The notes beneath the pieces were generated by a model. The model made no database searches. It was not told where the DNA came from and worked only from the letters and a program-made list of their open reading frames with translations. A program made the position numbers and the translations under genes. A stretch of DNA of 64,000 bases from Octopus vulgaris (taxonomy: Eukaryota), in contig OX597815.1 in assembly GCA_951406725.2 (NCBI GenBank), forward strand, positions 108,872,001 through 108,936,000. The letters are read 5' to 3'. Shown piece by piece: positions 26,928 through 40,148 of this stretch (position 1 is its first letter; each line of letters opens with the position of its first letter).

Positions 26928-27942
26928 GAGGCGCTGAGCCTCTTACACATTACAACACTGAGGCTTTTCAACCTCTTGTCAATTTTCTACCTCATAATCG
27001 CTTCTGTTCGTGTATTCCGCCATAGCCCATGCTTCGTTTAAAATCAAGGCGGGATCCGAGTTGGCGTCACCCGGCCACGAGCGATATTCTTCTTTTAGTC
27101 CCTTCAGCATCATAAACAGGCGCAACGTTATGACCTCCACAGCTATCTGCGGAGGCCATTCGGGGTCCTTACCACAGCAAGCTACTTACCACACAGTCAC
27201 TCCTACGCCTATATTATTGCGTATTATTTGAAGAGTTCATTGTCTGTATTACTTCAATCTTTGTATGATTTTTCACTTACAGTGCAGTAATAGTAAGGAA
27301 TCCTCAATCCAAAACGGTGATGGGTCGAAATCATACGACAAAACGTATATCAGTAAAATAGTTTCATTCAAATACAGGCAGCAATCTTACTAGCATACAT
27401 TTTTTTGTTGTTATATTCAGGACTTGAGCTTCCGAGAAGTTATTCAACTACATTAACCAATATCATCCCACATTAACTTACAATTTAAATTTACTCATGT
27501 CGGTGTTGTTTCTTAGATGGCAATGTGGTAATTGCTCCAATCTGCCCAACGCTTATTGCATTTTGCTCAATGACATCCTATTTTAAGCGCTATCAGCTTG
27601 AAATCATGTTTAGTCAATGAGATTTGTACTCTTTAGCTATATTGTATGCACATCGGTTGTCACTGTATTCCACAATTGCTAAAATTTAACGAAGCATTGA
27701 AACATGCAGAAACTCAGAAGTAACGGTTTTTCATCCATCTATCCATGCATGCATGCAATGTTCGTGTATATATATATATATTGATTGTATATTGAATATT
27801 TCATTGTATATTATTGCATGCTATTGACTATTAAGTCCAATAATGTACGAAGATGTTCAATACCTCGTTGAGGTGAAAAATTGTCAAGAGGCTGAAAAGC
27901 TTCACTGTTATAAAGTGTAAGAGGCCCAGCGCCTCATTTGTA
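26921..27942. mobile_element. ~1-kb element with ~70-bp terminal inverted repeats
   Basis: 26921-26993 (aaatgaggcgctgagcctcttacac...) is the diverged reverse complement of 27869-27942 (...gtgtaagaggcccagcgcctcattt). Confidence 0.65.
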
Positions 27943-28229
27943 AATGGACTAGTGTTGATTGTATATTGAATAGTTCTTGCATGTTAATATTTGTAATGGA
28001 CTACTAAGTCCAAAAACTGTAAAAAAACTGTTGTGAGAGGTTCAATACCTCGCTTTGTTTATTCTGTTTAAAAAAAAAGAACAATGTTTTAGAGAAGAAA
28101 ACCGGCGGGCGTTTTTGCTTTCTCTCATCAATATCATCCTTATTTTATCATTCACCTCATCAATGTATATGTCCAACCCGCAGCTACTCTTTGTAATGCC
28201 TTTATGGCAATTTTTTTATGAAATAAAGT

Positions 28230-28364
28230 AGCTTGCTTACCAACCACATGGTTCCGGGTTCAGGCCCACTGCGTGGCAGCTTGGGCAAGTGTGTTCTACT
28301 TCAGCCTCGGACCGACCAAAGCCCTGTGAGTGGATTGGTAGACGGAAACTGAAAGAAGCCCGTC

Positions 28365-28412
<48 letters not shown>

Positions 28413-28580
28413 ATATGTTTCTGTTTCTCTGTTTGTTCCCCCAACATCGCTTGACAACCTATGATGCTGTGTTTACGTCCCCGTAACTTAGCGGTTCGGC
28501 AAAAGAGACCGATAGAATAAGTACTAGGCTTCCAAAGAATAAGTCCTGGGGTCGATGTGCTCGACTAAAGGCGGTGTATA
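28230..28580 (+). mobile_element. SINE family 2 copy
   Basis: gcttgcttaccaaccacatggttccgggttcag...cttgggcaagt...gtcgatgtgctcgactaaaggcgg. Confidence 0.85.
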
Positions 28581-29009
28581 ATAAAAAGCAAGAATATGTT
28601 CTTGCTGAGAGAGCTTTTCCAGTTGCTTTTGTGAACTGCTGTGTTGCTCATAAAATTTTTTATACTCCTACTGGCCTCTCTTGTCATTACTAAAAGCCCA
28701 TCCTTTCAGCAAGATACAACAAGAATTATACAATAAATGTTGTGTGAGTTAGCTCAATAATGCAAAAAAGAATGGTGGAAGTTACCTGTGTGGGAAAAAG
28801 GGGGATTGCAACAGGAAGATATAGGTCCAAGAAAAATGTCTAAATGTACAATGATTAAATATATTACTGAGTGCACGGAAGATTTGATAATTAACCAAAA
28901 ATGGATATTAAATAAGTGAGCGATTCTATGAGGATACATGATTGTGATACATCAAGATAGTACACAGATGAGCTGGACATCAGGAAATACTTGTGAAGTA
29001 AGGGTGCAC

Positions 29010-29862
29010 ACGGGGTTCTTTGTGGTTATCGTCAATCGTTACAATTTTGATCCAATTGTTTTCTAAGTTGGTATATGGATTAAGTTTTGTATACTAATTT
29101 TGGAAATGAAATTCATTTTCCCTATAAAATTACAATTAAAAAGTTTAAAATATGTAAAATTTAGGTATTTTAACCAATCAGAAGCGATTATTTTACACAT
29201 CACCGTGAAGTTATGTTAGCATAGTAAGCAAAGAAAAACCACGTGATCCATAGCTGATAGCGAAGAACTCTGTTTCCATAGTAAACAAAGATGCTACGCA
29301 TGCGCATAAGTACCTGGGCATCTTTAGAGCGTGGAAACAAACACTGGTGTGGGACACATCGTTCCGTGGTTGATTATTATCTTCGTAAATTTATGTGGAG
29401 GAGATATGAGAAAGATAAAATTCTTGAGTGTATTGCAAACTTTCGTTCTTGAATTTTTCAACTCAGAAATACCTGTTTTAATCAATATTTTGACTGTTAT
29501 TTCTAGCAACTCCTGTTGGTTTGCTCGTAGCGTTTAAATATTTAATTCGCTCGCGAATGTATTAATGTTTTTCACTGTTTACTATAGCTAGTTTAATGTT
29601 TTGACATGCCGGTACCGCCAGCCCTTTTCGCTACTGTGACAGATGACGGAAGAGGCGGCGAACGCGCTGGTTTTTTTTGTTTTTGATTGGCTGAAATCCT
29701 GAAAATTATCAAAATTTGAACACCTGTAACATTTTCGCAAAATTTTTCTGGAATAAATGAATAACAAACTCGAATACAGCATCAAAAATTACATCTATAT
29801 GATACATTAAAAAAAAATTTTAAGATTTCGACATGCAGTGACGATAACCACAAAGATCCGTA
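29010..29862. mobile_element. Non-autonomous DNA transposon (~850 bp)
   Basis: 18-bp exact inverted repeat tctttgtggttatcgtca (29017-29034) / tgacgataaccacaaaga (29839-29856), plus subterminal ccaatca/tgattgg. Confidence 0.75.
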
Positions 29863-30729
29863 TATGGTGTTACGTGATATATAATGTTACATAACACAGA
29901 ATATTATATGCTACACATTCTTATACGATATAGAACTTGATATTTGTAATCAAATGTATCTTAGTTGAGACAACCAGTGATTGCAATACACGCTTGGAGT
30001 AGGCGCAAGTGCGAACACCAAGACATAATTATTTGCAGGAAGTAGGTGCTTAGATGAAGCTACGGAGTGGACTCATCACCATGTCTGTGTAGTACCTTAA
30101 GCAAATAATGCAATATGGAAATTGAAACGCATGCAATTTTGGATACATGAATTCTTGAATGATGTTACTGGAGTATGCAGCACGTAGATTCAAATACCGG
30201 TCTCACAAATTTCTGTGTAAAAGTAAAGATACAGAGTTAAGCATCAGTTGCCTTTAGCGCTATATCTTGTATATCCATAGACTAAGCGTCAATATGTATA
30301 ACTATAATAACAAAAATAGTTTTAGTGAAAGCAAATAAATCACTATGAATTATATAAAACCGACGCTGGATTCCATCTTGAAAGTTTGTAAGTAAAATAC
30401 TTAAGTGTCCACTCATCCGATCACTGTCTTATCACACTGCTCTTCACGCAATCATATATCACTCAACATTCACTTAACTATGGATCCTATAGCCTTGCAT
30501 GTCAGACAACTGATTGGTGTTCCGCCAGTTTTATGCTACATATATCTAGCAGCACTCTTGCTTCTAAAATGTGACCGAAGCCATCTTTTTGGGCGTGTCC
30601 TTTCACATTCCTCGCACAGGAAGAAAAAATTAAATAACTATACAAATACAATAAAAACAGCGCCAGAAGTCTTCCAAATGATTTACTCGTTTTTGCTGCA
30701 GTTGTCCGGAAAAAATAAAGAGAGCAATA

Positions 30730-32215
30730 CCTACTCACAATCAACCCGTGTTGATTGTGAGAGTGACACCCAAACCCTTCTTCCCCAGGGTATGGATCAA
30801 TCCCAGACTGTCTTCTTTCTGTGCAATAATGACCTATTTGCCACCGCATCCAACAACAACTACTCTTACGCAGATGGTATGACTCCACATTCCTCCCAAA
30901 CCTTCCTTAACCATATCTCACCCTCACGTAAGCCACACTCCTCAGGGGGAACCTGCGTTAATTCCATAAGCGGAGACCGCGAAAGTATAATAGTGCGAAA
31001 CTATGCCAACCTTATTTGTTTTAACAGCAACTTCCCCCATCCCCTTCAAATATTACCCGGTTGGAGAAAATACAACCCATTACATCTGCTTTGAATATGA
31101 GTCACACTCAGCTAAAACCCTCACAGCAGCTTTAAATGCTGAGCCTAATTAACGCAGAAGATATCCCTTATGATAGCATCGTAGCATAGGTGAGACCGCT
31201 TCCCAAAGACTAGCTTTACACTTTAGATTCGAAGTGTATTCCAGTTTCCTGTTGCTGCTGACGTTCTACACCAAGGGTTCTCAAGAGTTTTTAAAACTCT
31301 GGAACCCTTTATTATTATTTTATTCTAGTGGACCCCCAAGCCATTCGATGTTTAATAGAATGTGATCAAGCGCAATCTTGAGAAAATTGAGGGGCTGGAA
31401 GTGCTGCCCCACCCGGCCAACAGTCCTGACCTTGTACCATTAAATTACAATCTTTTCCGAACCATTCGATGTTTACTAAAAACTAGATTAATAAAATCTT
31501 CTTTCAACGTTCCTATTTTGTATTTCGCACATTAACTTGTGTAGGTTGAACTATGTTAAATGTTAGGGAAAGAAACGTAGCTGCTTCTTACAATACATAC
31601 CAATACATACATCTAAAGTAAAATTCTTTAGGGGGCCCTTAAAATACTACTGGAGATGCTCAATTATGTATTTTGTAGCGTGGATCTCCGCCCCCGCCAA
31701 ATCTTATATGGACCAACAAGGGCTACATGGACCCCGTTTCAGAACCATTGTTCTACACGGTTCAAATGAATGCCGCAGTAGAGTAATGCACCAATTTCTG
31801 GGTTTAATACTGCTACTACGTACATCGGTATCTAGAACCGCACGCAGAGAAGGACCACTGGGACGATTGTCATTCCATCACTAACACTCACAATTCAAGC
31901 AATGTCTAGCAAGCAAGCTATCTCCTTTCTTTGCCTTTTTTTATCGCTACAATAATGACCTGTCTCACAGAGCTGATTGTTCTCGTACTGCCACTACACG
32001 TGCACCTCTGGCCCATTCATCTCTCCATTTTTTGTCACACTTGTTGCGCCCACGGCTCCTTTAGACTGTTCTTAATTCTTCCTCCCCAGACCATACGGCA
32101 TTGGGAATCTACTCTTGTTCCTGTCCTTTTTGCAAGTGTTGGTGTGCAACATTTTAAAAGGAACATTAATGATATCAATGTCACCAGACACAGAGGGCCT
32201 ACCTGCAGACTCAAC
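30730..32215 (+). mobile_element. Degenerate CR1/Jockey-type LINE RT and 3' end, split by a hAT MITE
   Basis: LPQG...FFLCNNDL...YSYADGMT (RT QG and YADD motifs). A similar remnant lies on the minus strand at 60030-60460. Confidence 0.6.
31272..31750. mobile_element. hAT-family MITE with a perfect 8-bp TSD
   Basis: TTCTACAC|CAAGGGTTCTCAA ... TTTCAGAACCATTG|TTCTACAC. Confidence 0.9.
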
Positions 32216-32402
32216 ATGTAACACACACACACACACACACACACATATAGATAGATGGATAGATAGATAGATACATACATGCATACATACATAAGTGCAT
32301 ATCATACACATGAATGCGTGTATATGTATAACAATTTTACCTTGAGAGCTTCACGTTAGAAATTTAAAACACTCAAATGAACACTACACGTACACACACA
32401 CT

Positions 32403-32474
<72 letters not shown>

Positions 32475-33039
32475 CACACACAAACAATTTTTGTATTTTA
32501 CTTAATTACATTCCTATTTAAACAGTGAAGTGAATAATGTCTGTAACACCCCAGTGTTAAAGCATATAAGAATATCTTCACGTACAAATGGACTGTCTTA
32601 ACCAGGTGGGTTTTCCCTTTGTTTGTCTTTAAAGTTTTGAACCGTTTGGAATATCAGTGTAGTAATGACCTGTTATAAGGTGTATACTACAGCTATACAT
32701 AATCAGACGAATTATAAACACATCGAATGATACTACTAATCTCTCAATCCCCCACCTAACACAGAGAAAACAAATGCTACTAAAAATAATAATGACATTA
32801 AATGAATAAATAAAATTCGCAGCAATTTGGAAGGGAGAGAAGAGTGGGGAGAAGAGAGGTAAGTAAACAAGAATCAATTAAATTTGAAAGCAACTTGAAG
32901 CCTCACTGGTCAAAGGTTAAAAAACAATAAAACGAAACCGATACACAAATGAACAGCTGGCCAAAATATAAAGAAGTTACTTTGTCGCAAATTATCACGT
33001 GTAGTAGAAATAATAGTAAGAATAACAAGAACAATAATA

Positions 33040-33724
33040 TTTTTTTCTTATTTTGGCACCAGGCCAGCAGTACTAGACTGTTACTTTACTTCATAGACCC
33101 CGAGAGGATGAAAAGCAAAGTTGAACTCGGCGGAATTTGAACTCAGAACGTATAGTAGTGTTAAGCATTTTGTCCGACGCCACCTTAAATAATAATGTTT
33201 GCAAATTTTGGCTCAAAGCTACCAGTTATGTTGATTTTATCTATTTTTTTTTTTAGGGAGAGAACAATCGATTACATTGATCCCAGTTCCTTAGTACTTT
33301 ATCGACCATAGAGGGATGACATTTAAATTTGATTTCGGCGGGCTGAACTCAGAAAGTAAAGAACCAGCGACGCGCTAACAATTGTGCCAGCTCGCTGCCT
33401 TGATGATGATGATGATGATGATAATAATGATGATGATGATGATGATCTTTTCTACTATAGGCACAATGCCAGAAATTTTGGGAGAGGGGACTAGTCTATT
33501 ACATTGATTACAGTGCTCAACTGGTACTTATTTCATTGACCCCGAAACGATAAAAGGCAAAGTCGACTTGGGTAGAATTTCAGCTCAGAAAGTAAATCGA
33601 ACGAAATGCCGCTAAGCAATTTGTCATGCGTGCTAACTATTCTATAAGTTAGCCGCACTAATAATGATAATGATGATGATGATGACGACGACGACGACGA
33701 CAACAACAACAACAACAAAGAAAA

Positions 33725-33758
<34 letters not shown>

Positions 33759-33990
33759 AATAATAATAATAATAATAATGATCCTTTTTACTGGAAGCAC
33801 AAGGCCTCAAATTTGGGGGAAGAGATTAACTCGATTACATCGACCCCAGTGCGTAACTGGTACTTATTATATCGATCCCGAAAGGATGAAAGGCAAGGTC
33901 GGCCTCGGTGGAATTTGAACTCAGAACGTAGCGACGGGCGAAATACCGCTAAGCATTTCGTCCAGAGTGCCAACGATTCTGCTAGCTAGC
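33040..33990 (-). mobile_element. Cluster of four Meta-type SINEs separated by trinucleotide tracts
   Basis: Repeated family motifs, all in the same orientation. Confidence 0.8.
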
Positions 33991-36369
33991 CTAACCACAG
34001 GGCTTACAACATAAATCGTATTACACAATGCATATACAATAAACGGGAGGTCGGCAAAATATGTAACGCTCCAGGCACTAGAGTACAGATATAAAATTGG
34101 ATGAATGGTGAAAATTAATGTTTATAATGATTCTGACTATCATATTCTCAAGTCTGTTGCTCTCTACCGACTACCATCCCAAAAGCATAATTCAAGTTTC
34201 AACTTTCCCTGAAAGTAGAGCCTCCCCCTTTTCCGTCACCTATTTCTCTTGATACTTAAAAAAAAATGTCGAGGACACAGTCAGACTGGTCATGTTCCCA
34301 ACACTTTCAAACGCATCCACCATACAGCCACTTTTTTCATAGCTTATAGAAAAAAAAATGTCGCTGCATATTCTTGTCAGTCAAAAATGACAATATTAAT
34401 AATATAAATTTCGCATCCCTTTTTCCTTAAAGCAGCTCCGTGAAGTAGGTCGAGAAACAAAGTACTTTCAAAGAACTTTGGAAGATTTTGAAATTAAGAC
34501 AAAATGTTTGTTGAGTGTGGAAGTAAGAACAGTACTAAAAGTAAATAGAGCGCTAAATGTGATGGAAACTTAAAAAGGTACACGAACAAAAAATACAAAT
34601 AATAAGGCTCAAAAACTAGCCTAAAAAGAGAATAAGATTCCTGCTAGGTACAGCCCACATCATACGTCAGATACTTTCCGTTCATTTTCAGAACGGTTTC
34701 AGTGGTACACTATACACATAATATCAGTCACACTATCGTATACGAAACGAAACAACACCCAATAAAATAACGCAAGAACAACAAACAAGAACAACAAACA
34801 ATACTAAAAATACAAACAAGAACAACAAACAATACTAGAAAATAAAACAATTTAAGCAGAAGAGCATGAATACAAGAGCATGGCAAATGACTACCAAAAG
34901 TAAATGATAAATAAATGTAAGTTGAAATATATTGTACAAAAATAGCTGAAAGCAATGATAACTTTGTATTTATAACATACTTGATTTCTATATTTGCGAT
35001 GAAATTTCGTTATCAACTTTCAATATTTTCATAAAACATGGGTCTCAACAGACAGCTGAAGATCTATATGGAATAAACGGAACCAAAGTGGAATTTCGTG
35101 GAAATCAGTACTCCTTTGTTTTGTTCCTTTACCTCTCATATGGGTATTCTTCGCAATTTCTGTGTTTCATTCACTGTCTCCTTTTTTCTTGAAATTTATG
35201 TACAAAAAATTTGTACATCTTTTTTAGAATAAAACATGGAACAGAGAATTAGAAACAGTAAATGATTTCAATAAAGTGTATTTATCTCAGAACATATGAA
35301 TATTTATTGATAAGATTATTTGCATGCATACGCACACGTATGTGTGTATATGCATACACTCACAAATATATGTGTAAGTATGTGTCTACGCGCGGATCGT
35401 GTATTCATGTACTTTCCCAACAAGAATAGATGAAGGTTCGTAGTATACAAACACCATTGCCTTATCATAAATGTAAATATTAACAGACTTACATACACCA
35501 TCACTATCGCCATCACCCTCAACATTAGAACCACTACCTACCCACTACCTACCCACCACTACTGCCACCAACACTCGGACCACCACACTACTACCACCTT
35601 CACCACCATGATTTTACCAGCCTGTTGTCCATCATATCCACCAGTTCACTTGTATATTACCTTTTGGCAAAGCACGACTTATCTTCATGAGAATGAACAG
35701 GTCATAGTTCAAATGAAAAATAATAGCAGAATTTTAAAGATATTTATTATTGTTTGTGTTATTCAGGCTGTTGTCTACGGTATCTTTGGGAACCGTAGAG
35801 TGAGAGACAATGTTGCTAAATACAGAAGTAATTCATGATGATACATCTATATATTAGCATAAAGATTGTGCATAGACGAGATAAACACGAACATATATAA
35901 ATTTATATAAATCAGGGTAAAGCTTAAAAATAAAAGGTTACTTACTGATAAATCTCATTTAGTTAAATTTCCTTAATAAGGTCACTCAAGTGACAACCAT
36001 GAAGATGCTCATCAGCACGCCCAGACTTTGTCCCACAGATGTATGGCTACTGCTGTGTGCCCAACTCTTCGTAGCCATGGTTTCGTACCATATCTAGCAC
36101 ATGCAATCAAAAGTTTCTCCTTCATATTGTCCCCACCTGTATGAGCAATGAAGCCAAGTCTTTCCTCTTTACATCTTCATCCCTCAGGGATTTTTACACT
36201 GTAGTTGTCCGCATGCAACACTTTCAGTGAATATTAACTGCGCTAATATCACCAGTCTCGAACGGCCAGAGCAGATCAAGGACTTAGCCCTTTACTTAAA
36301 GGACAAAGAAAAGAAAACAGAAAGCGGAAAACAAAAAGATACAGTCTTAAAATTTGAAATTGTAAGAGT

Positions 36370-36635
36370 TTGGATTATCAAAACTGTAAAAGTCTGCCTA
36401 TAATAATTGGTGCATTGGGAACTAAGCAATGATATAGACAAACGATTGCAGGAGATTGGAATGGAATGTCCTGTAGAGATTAAACAGAAAGTTTACCTCT
36501 TAGAGACAGGAAAGATTATCAGGAAGATTCTAAGCATCTGAAAGACCTGAAAACTAGTGGTTGCTTAAGATTACAGGTAGTAACCTGTTACTAATATAAA
36601 CCCTGCTAGGAATTAAAAGGAACCTGAGTCAAATC

Positions 36636-36694
<59 letters not shown>

Positions 36695-37215
36695 CAACAA
36701 CAATAATGCGAGATAATCTACCTAAAAAGAGTCTCTAGCAGGGATAGAATTACCGAATAGAGAATTGGTTAAACAAATTGAAACGGAAGGCTATAATATA
36801 CCTTGGTGTACTAGAGTTCAAAGAGATAATGGAAAAGGAAATGAAAGAGCAATTCAGGACGGAATATTTTCGAAGACTAATGCTGGTGATGCGCTCAAAA
36901 TCGACTGGAGGGAATAAAACCCAAGCAGTTAATACGCGGGCAATAGCATCACTTCGGTATGGAGCGGGAATCTTAAAATGGCAAAAGGGAGAAGTGATGA
37001 AAACGGTATAAAAACAAGAAAAATGTTGACAGGACACGGGGCCTTCTACCCTAAGAATGACACTGATAGGCTGTACTTGTCCAGAAGAAAGGGTTGGAGC
37101 GGTTCGATCAGTTGCCAGGATTGTATCGAAGCAGAGAAAAACACCTTAAGGTGGGTATAGATGAGGAGACGTGATAGAGCACCAGAAGATAGAGACAGAA
37201 GTATAAGCATGTATA
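36370..37215 (+). mobile_element. R4/Dong-like LINE fragments around (AAT)n
   Basis: 3' end 36370-36636 with AAT tail, then YLGVLE...EYFRRL...GGNKTQAVNTRAIASLRYGAGIL...KTRKML...FYPKNDTDRLYLSRRKG. Confidence 0.8.
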
Positions 37216-37559
37216 TAGTGAAAAATAAGAGACATATGCATAGCATACAAAAGTTTAAAAAAGTTGGCCCTCCTGATACAGGAAGGTTCCTAGGGATAAT
37301 CGAGGAGCCCCACTGTCCGAGATTTCCCTGAAACCATAGGAGCAAGTGCCCTCCCCAATACCTTTTCTCCGACTCACAGGTCTACACTTAGAAAGGTGTC
37401 ATTAGCTCTAGTCATTTTCGCAACTTTCAACCCACCTTTCAATAAACTGACCCGAGAACAGCACTTTCCTCTCCACTCACAATTTACATTTCAAGTGAAA
37501 CATGAAAAAAGTCAATGAAAGTTCTACCAAAGAGGAATGTATGTGTCCTCATGCCTTTC

Positions 37560-38120
37560 AGCCTTGTCTACCAAACAACCTCTTTCACCACAGTTATCAG
37601 GCAAAGGAAAGCTGCTTTACTTGCACGATTGAAGGAGGGTGGCGGTGCGATCATCACTACAGACTCGGCCGACAGATGGATCCGTCCCACACATGACAGC
37701 AGAAGTCAGCAATGCTCGGACACGGAACAAGGGTGTGCAGAACGATTTCGTCATTCTGCTCGCACCTTGGACAGCACATCCGTCTGACAGCACATCCGTG
37801 CCTGTAGAGTTTATCTCAAACCGGTACCGCACCCCGACGCCCGGTAGCACTGTCAGGCCGAGAACATCTGGAAATTCTCCATGCTAGTTCCCGAGCGGAA
37901 AGTCCTCCGGAACGGACTAGCCGGTTTGTTCTCGTCGGCGCCCAGAATCTCCTCGAAAATGTCATCGTACATCCCCGCCACTAATCCTCTATAAATTTCT
38001 AAAGCAGAACATCCACCGATCCCATTGCCCGACTGCTAGAGGTCTGCGAGCGCCTGACGAAATTCTGGGTGCCAGGTGCAATAATAACTGGCGAGACCCG
38101 TGAATATTTCACGGAATAAA
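37560..38120 (-). mobile_element. L1/Tx1-clade LINE fragment (zf-RVT region)
   Basis: GC-rich block reading RDKLYRHG...CPRCEQNDEIVLHTLVPCPSI. Confidence 0.65.
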
Positions 38121-38980
38121 TGGTAAATGTACTGGGTTATTACTGAAAAATTTGTCTAAAAGATCTGAAAGCGTAGTCTGTGTTGTGTCTGTATCAAATG
38201 ATAATCATTGAAAAGTGAAGGACATTGGAATACCAAGATTACTTAATGCACTTTATATATACACTTTATTCACTTTATGCACAATTTTATAGACTTAATA
38301 CACAGTACTGTACCGCTTTCTCTGTTCATCTTAGGCTCTTTTTTCTCTCCTTTTTCTTTCGCTCTTCACCTTCCCCTTCAACTAATCACGTGAAAGCTTT
38401 ACAGACGGGCTACGTAACGGAGGAAAAAATAGTTTAAAAATACACATTTCACTCATCACCACCTCTCCCTCCCCTCCAATCGCGTCCCCAAATATTCTGT
38501 TCAAAACTACAGATTTGCTTGTCAATTGTTTAAATTTTAACCAGTTCAGTATGTCTCTTGGTGGCTGACGATATGTGCATCTCTGATCGCAAGCAGAAGT
38601 AGTTGGAGAGCATAACAGCCATGTGCTGAGAGGAACTTTGGTGTTTGAATAATTCCCCGTATATATGTATATATTTTTGTTTCTGTGTTTGTCCCGCCAC
38701 CATCGCCTGACAACCGATCTTGGTGTGTTTACATCCCTGTAACTTAATGGTTCGGAAAAAGAGACCAATAGAATAAGTACTAGGCTTACAAAGAATAAGT
38801 CCTAGGGTCGATCTGTTTAATCAAAGGCAGTGCTCCAGCATGGCCATAGTCAAATGACTGAAACATATAAAAGAATATATATGCTGTATGTTTCTGTCAA
38901 GTGAGAAGCATATGGCAACTGAACAATAAATGGGACGAAATCTTGTTCCAGCCCAATACGTATGTACGTACACACGTATG

Positions 38981-39019
<39 letters not shown>

Positions 39020-40022
39020 ATGTATGTAGGTATGTAGGTATGTATGTATGTATGTATGTATGTATGTATGTGTGTGTATGTATGTTTGTATATATGCATG
39101 TATGTACGTTTGTATATATGTATGTATGCACGTATGTATGTATGTTTCTATGTACATAAAAATGTATGTATGTATGAGTACATGTTTGTACGTATGTATG
39201 GTGATTATAATTCCTGAAATTGTAAACTTCTTTGATCTCAGCTAAAATGCTGAGAAGCAAACTGTCGGTTAAAAGCAAATGTAATTTTACATCTTTAAAA
39301 TTTATTCGAATTTCCGTTTGAGCGAAAATACAGGCCATATCTCGAAATTAGCGGTCATTCTTTACAATTCACGTAAGTCCAAAATCCTGTAACTCGATGT
39401 AGCCATAACGCGTGGTGTGCCTGTACTTCCTAATATGTCCAACTAATTCACACATTGGGTAGGGGTGATAAATATCACGTTTAAGAAAATGAATTCAATC
39501 ACCTTCGTATTATTTTCACACTCATAGTAATATAAAGTAGACTGCATATTTATAAATATGATTCAATCATATTCGACCCCGTAAGAAAGCTATTCACTGC
39601 ATTTTGTTATGGATAAAATTCCTCGCTGCAGACAAATAAGTGTAAATACACAGAGTCAGTTCACAGCACACCTTAACTAAACTATGGGATGCATGCATTT
39701 CGGATTGGTTATCTCCTCTTCAGCTGCAGAGACTGAAAAGGCAGACGCTTTGAACTTACCCGAGAGACAGATCTTTCTTATGATAATCCCGTCATTGTTT
39801 AATGACTGATTGCGCTATTCAGCAGCTCGCGGTAAATAAAATATGAAGTAACAGCACTAAGTATTGATGTGTATAAAAATATAAATTCACTGCATTTCAT
39901 TTCGTCTTATCCAACTTCTAACGACAGAAAAAGACTAATAAAATTGTCTAGTGTAATTTCAAATTGAAAGGAGAATTAAAGCCACAAAAGTTGGATTCAT
40001 AATTAACATGTGTCTTTAATCG

Positions 40023-40031
40023 AAAAAAAAA
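40023..40031 (-). terminator. Pol III oligo-T terminator of the tRNA-Ile gene
   Basis: T9 run 5 nt after the discriminator base. Confidence 0.8.
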
Positions 40032-40036
40032 TACAC

Positions 40037-40148
40037 TGCCCCGGGTGAGGCTCGAACTCACAACCTCCGCATATCTTCTAATCTGTGATTACCACAAGGA
40101 AGGTACTGTCTATAAGTACGGCGCGCTTACCGATTGTGCCACCAGGGC
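40037..40148 (-). tRNA. tRNA-Ile (anticodon UAU) with a 38-nt intron (40073-40110)
   Basis: GCCCTGG TG GCAC AATCGGTAA GCGC G CCGTA CTTATA [intron] A TGCGG AGGTT GTGAG TTCGAGC CTCAC CCGGGGC A. Acceptor, anticodon and T stems pair; one A-C mismatch in the D stem; canonical 37/38 intron. Confidence 0.93.

Noticed and set aside
30405-31094. 229-aa ORF as a host gene
   Set aside because: Carries degenerate LINE RT motifs (QG, YADG) and no exon-like structure.
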